64,000 nt of DNA, from positions 1,198,750 through 1,262,749 of the forward strand of contig JAXLTY010000002.1 of NCBI GenBank assembly GCA_046329815.1, in the 5' to 3' direction. Positions within the stretch are counted from its first letter, which is position 1; each line of letters begins with the position of its first letter. The position numbers were made by a program, and so were the translations under genes. Source of the stretch: Chitinophagales bacterium (lineage in GTDB: Bacteria; Bacteroidota; Bacteroidia; Chitinophagales; JADIYW01). A model generated the notes under the pieces. It was not told the DNA's origin, did no database searches, and saw only the letters and a list, made by a program, of their open reading frames with translations. Shown in pieces: positions 63,761-64,000 of this stretch.

Positions 63761-64000
63761 TTATTCGCCTAATGCTTTTGCTTTATCCAGCATATTTAAT
63801 GTAGCATATACCTTTTTTAAGCTTGATTTATAATCCGGATTCTTAGTATTTGTTGCATATGCTTTTTCAAGATATGGTAATGCCTTGCCCAATGCTGCAT
63901 CACGTTCAACTTTAAGTGCCGCATACTTTTTTCCATCTTTATCATCTTTGTCATCAATAACATTCATTTGTTTATTAAACTCTACACCTTGATTAAAGAA
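63761..64000 (-). CDS. Hypothetical TPR-like protein, 3' end only (5' end beyond the window)
   Basis: The frame stays open to nt 64000 upstream of the listed Met. The C-terminus is helical and Lys/Ala-rich (LGKALPYLEKAYATN...LKKVYATLNMLDKAKALGE). Confidence 0.4.
   Translation of the reverse strand, partial: FFNQGVEFNKQMNVIDDKDDKDGKKYAALKVERDAALGKALPYLEKAYATNTKNPDYKSSLKKVYATLNMLDKAKALGE

Overview
The window looks like a low-GC Bacteroidota chromosome. Evidence: two proteins with T9SS type-A C-terminal sorting domains, TonB-dependent receptors with CarboxypepD_reg N-termini, a 288-aa SigA/RpoD, a TTTG-N19-TAnnTTTG promoter upstream of rpsO, and REP-like repeats that translate to ...AMT / ...DCF... 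artefact peptides.

The window splits in two.

(1) nt 1-37966 is a visibly more AT-rich accessory island, arranged as about 10 alternating transcription units.
- It is bracketed by two ArnC/GtrB-like GT2 genes.
- It holds nine Fe(II)/2-oxoglutarate oxygenases: three membrane-anchored Asp/Asn beta-hydroxylase-family paralogs, five PhyH-family paralogs and one P4H-like cupin.
- It holds four radical-SAM enzymes: two cobalamin-binding class B, and two with an N-terminal Cys-rich twitch/SPASM-like module.
- It also encodes a cytoplasmic reductive-dehalogenase-like corrinoid/Fe-S protein in an operon with a TonB-dependent receptor and an MDR oxidoreductase, a FabH/ACP/acyl-AMP-ligase triad and three membrane-anchored SGNH-like hydrolases.
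- Further island genes are a SAM methyltransferase, FdtA-like ketoisomerase, CN-hydrolase plus PP-loop N-acetyl-sugar amidotransferase, NodU-type carbamoyltransferase, a small alpha/alpha-toroid protein with a DxDDTA motif, and an embedded 842-aa tail-fiber-like T9SS cargo protein.
- I found no NRPS/PKS, transposase, integrase, tRNA, CRISPR array or convincing precursor peptide.
- I read this as an undescribed hyper-tailoring locus for a surface glycan or glycolipid. Less likely, it modifies a protein or peptide.

(2) nt 38000-64000 is mostly core genome.
- It carries a VIT-vWA-DUF2135 giant protein and aceB/aceA split by two inserted genes.
- Housekeeping genes are rpsO-pnp, rpoD, rpe, a GH3 beta-glucosidase and a second TonB-dependent receptor.
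- There is a T9SS zinc metalloprotease with a frameshifted tandem copy of its own N-terminal domain.
- A noncoding array of 13 phased 21-bp repeats built on the palindrome TGCGCA-N-TGCGCA stands out.
- Two paralogous REP/sRNA-like modules are also present.

All functional calls come from motif recognition by eye. No database search was run.
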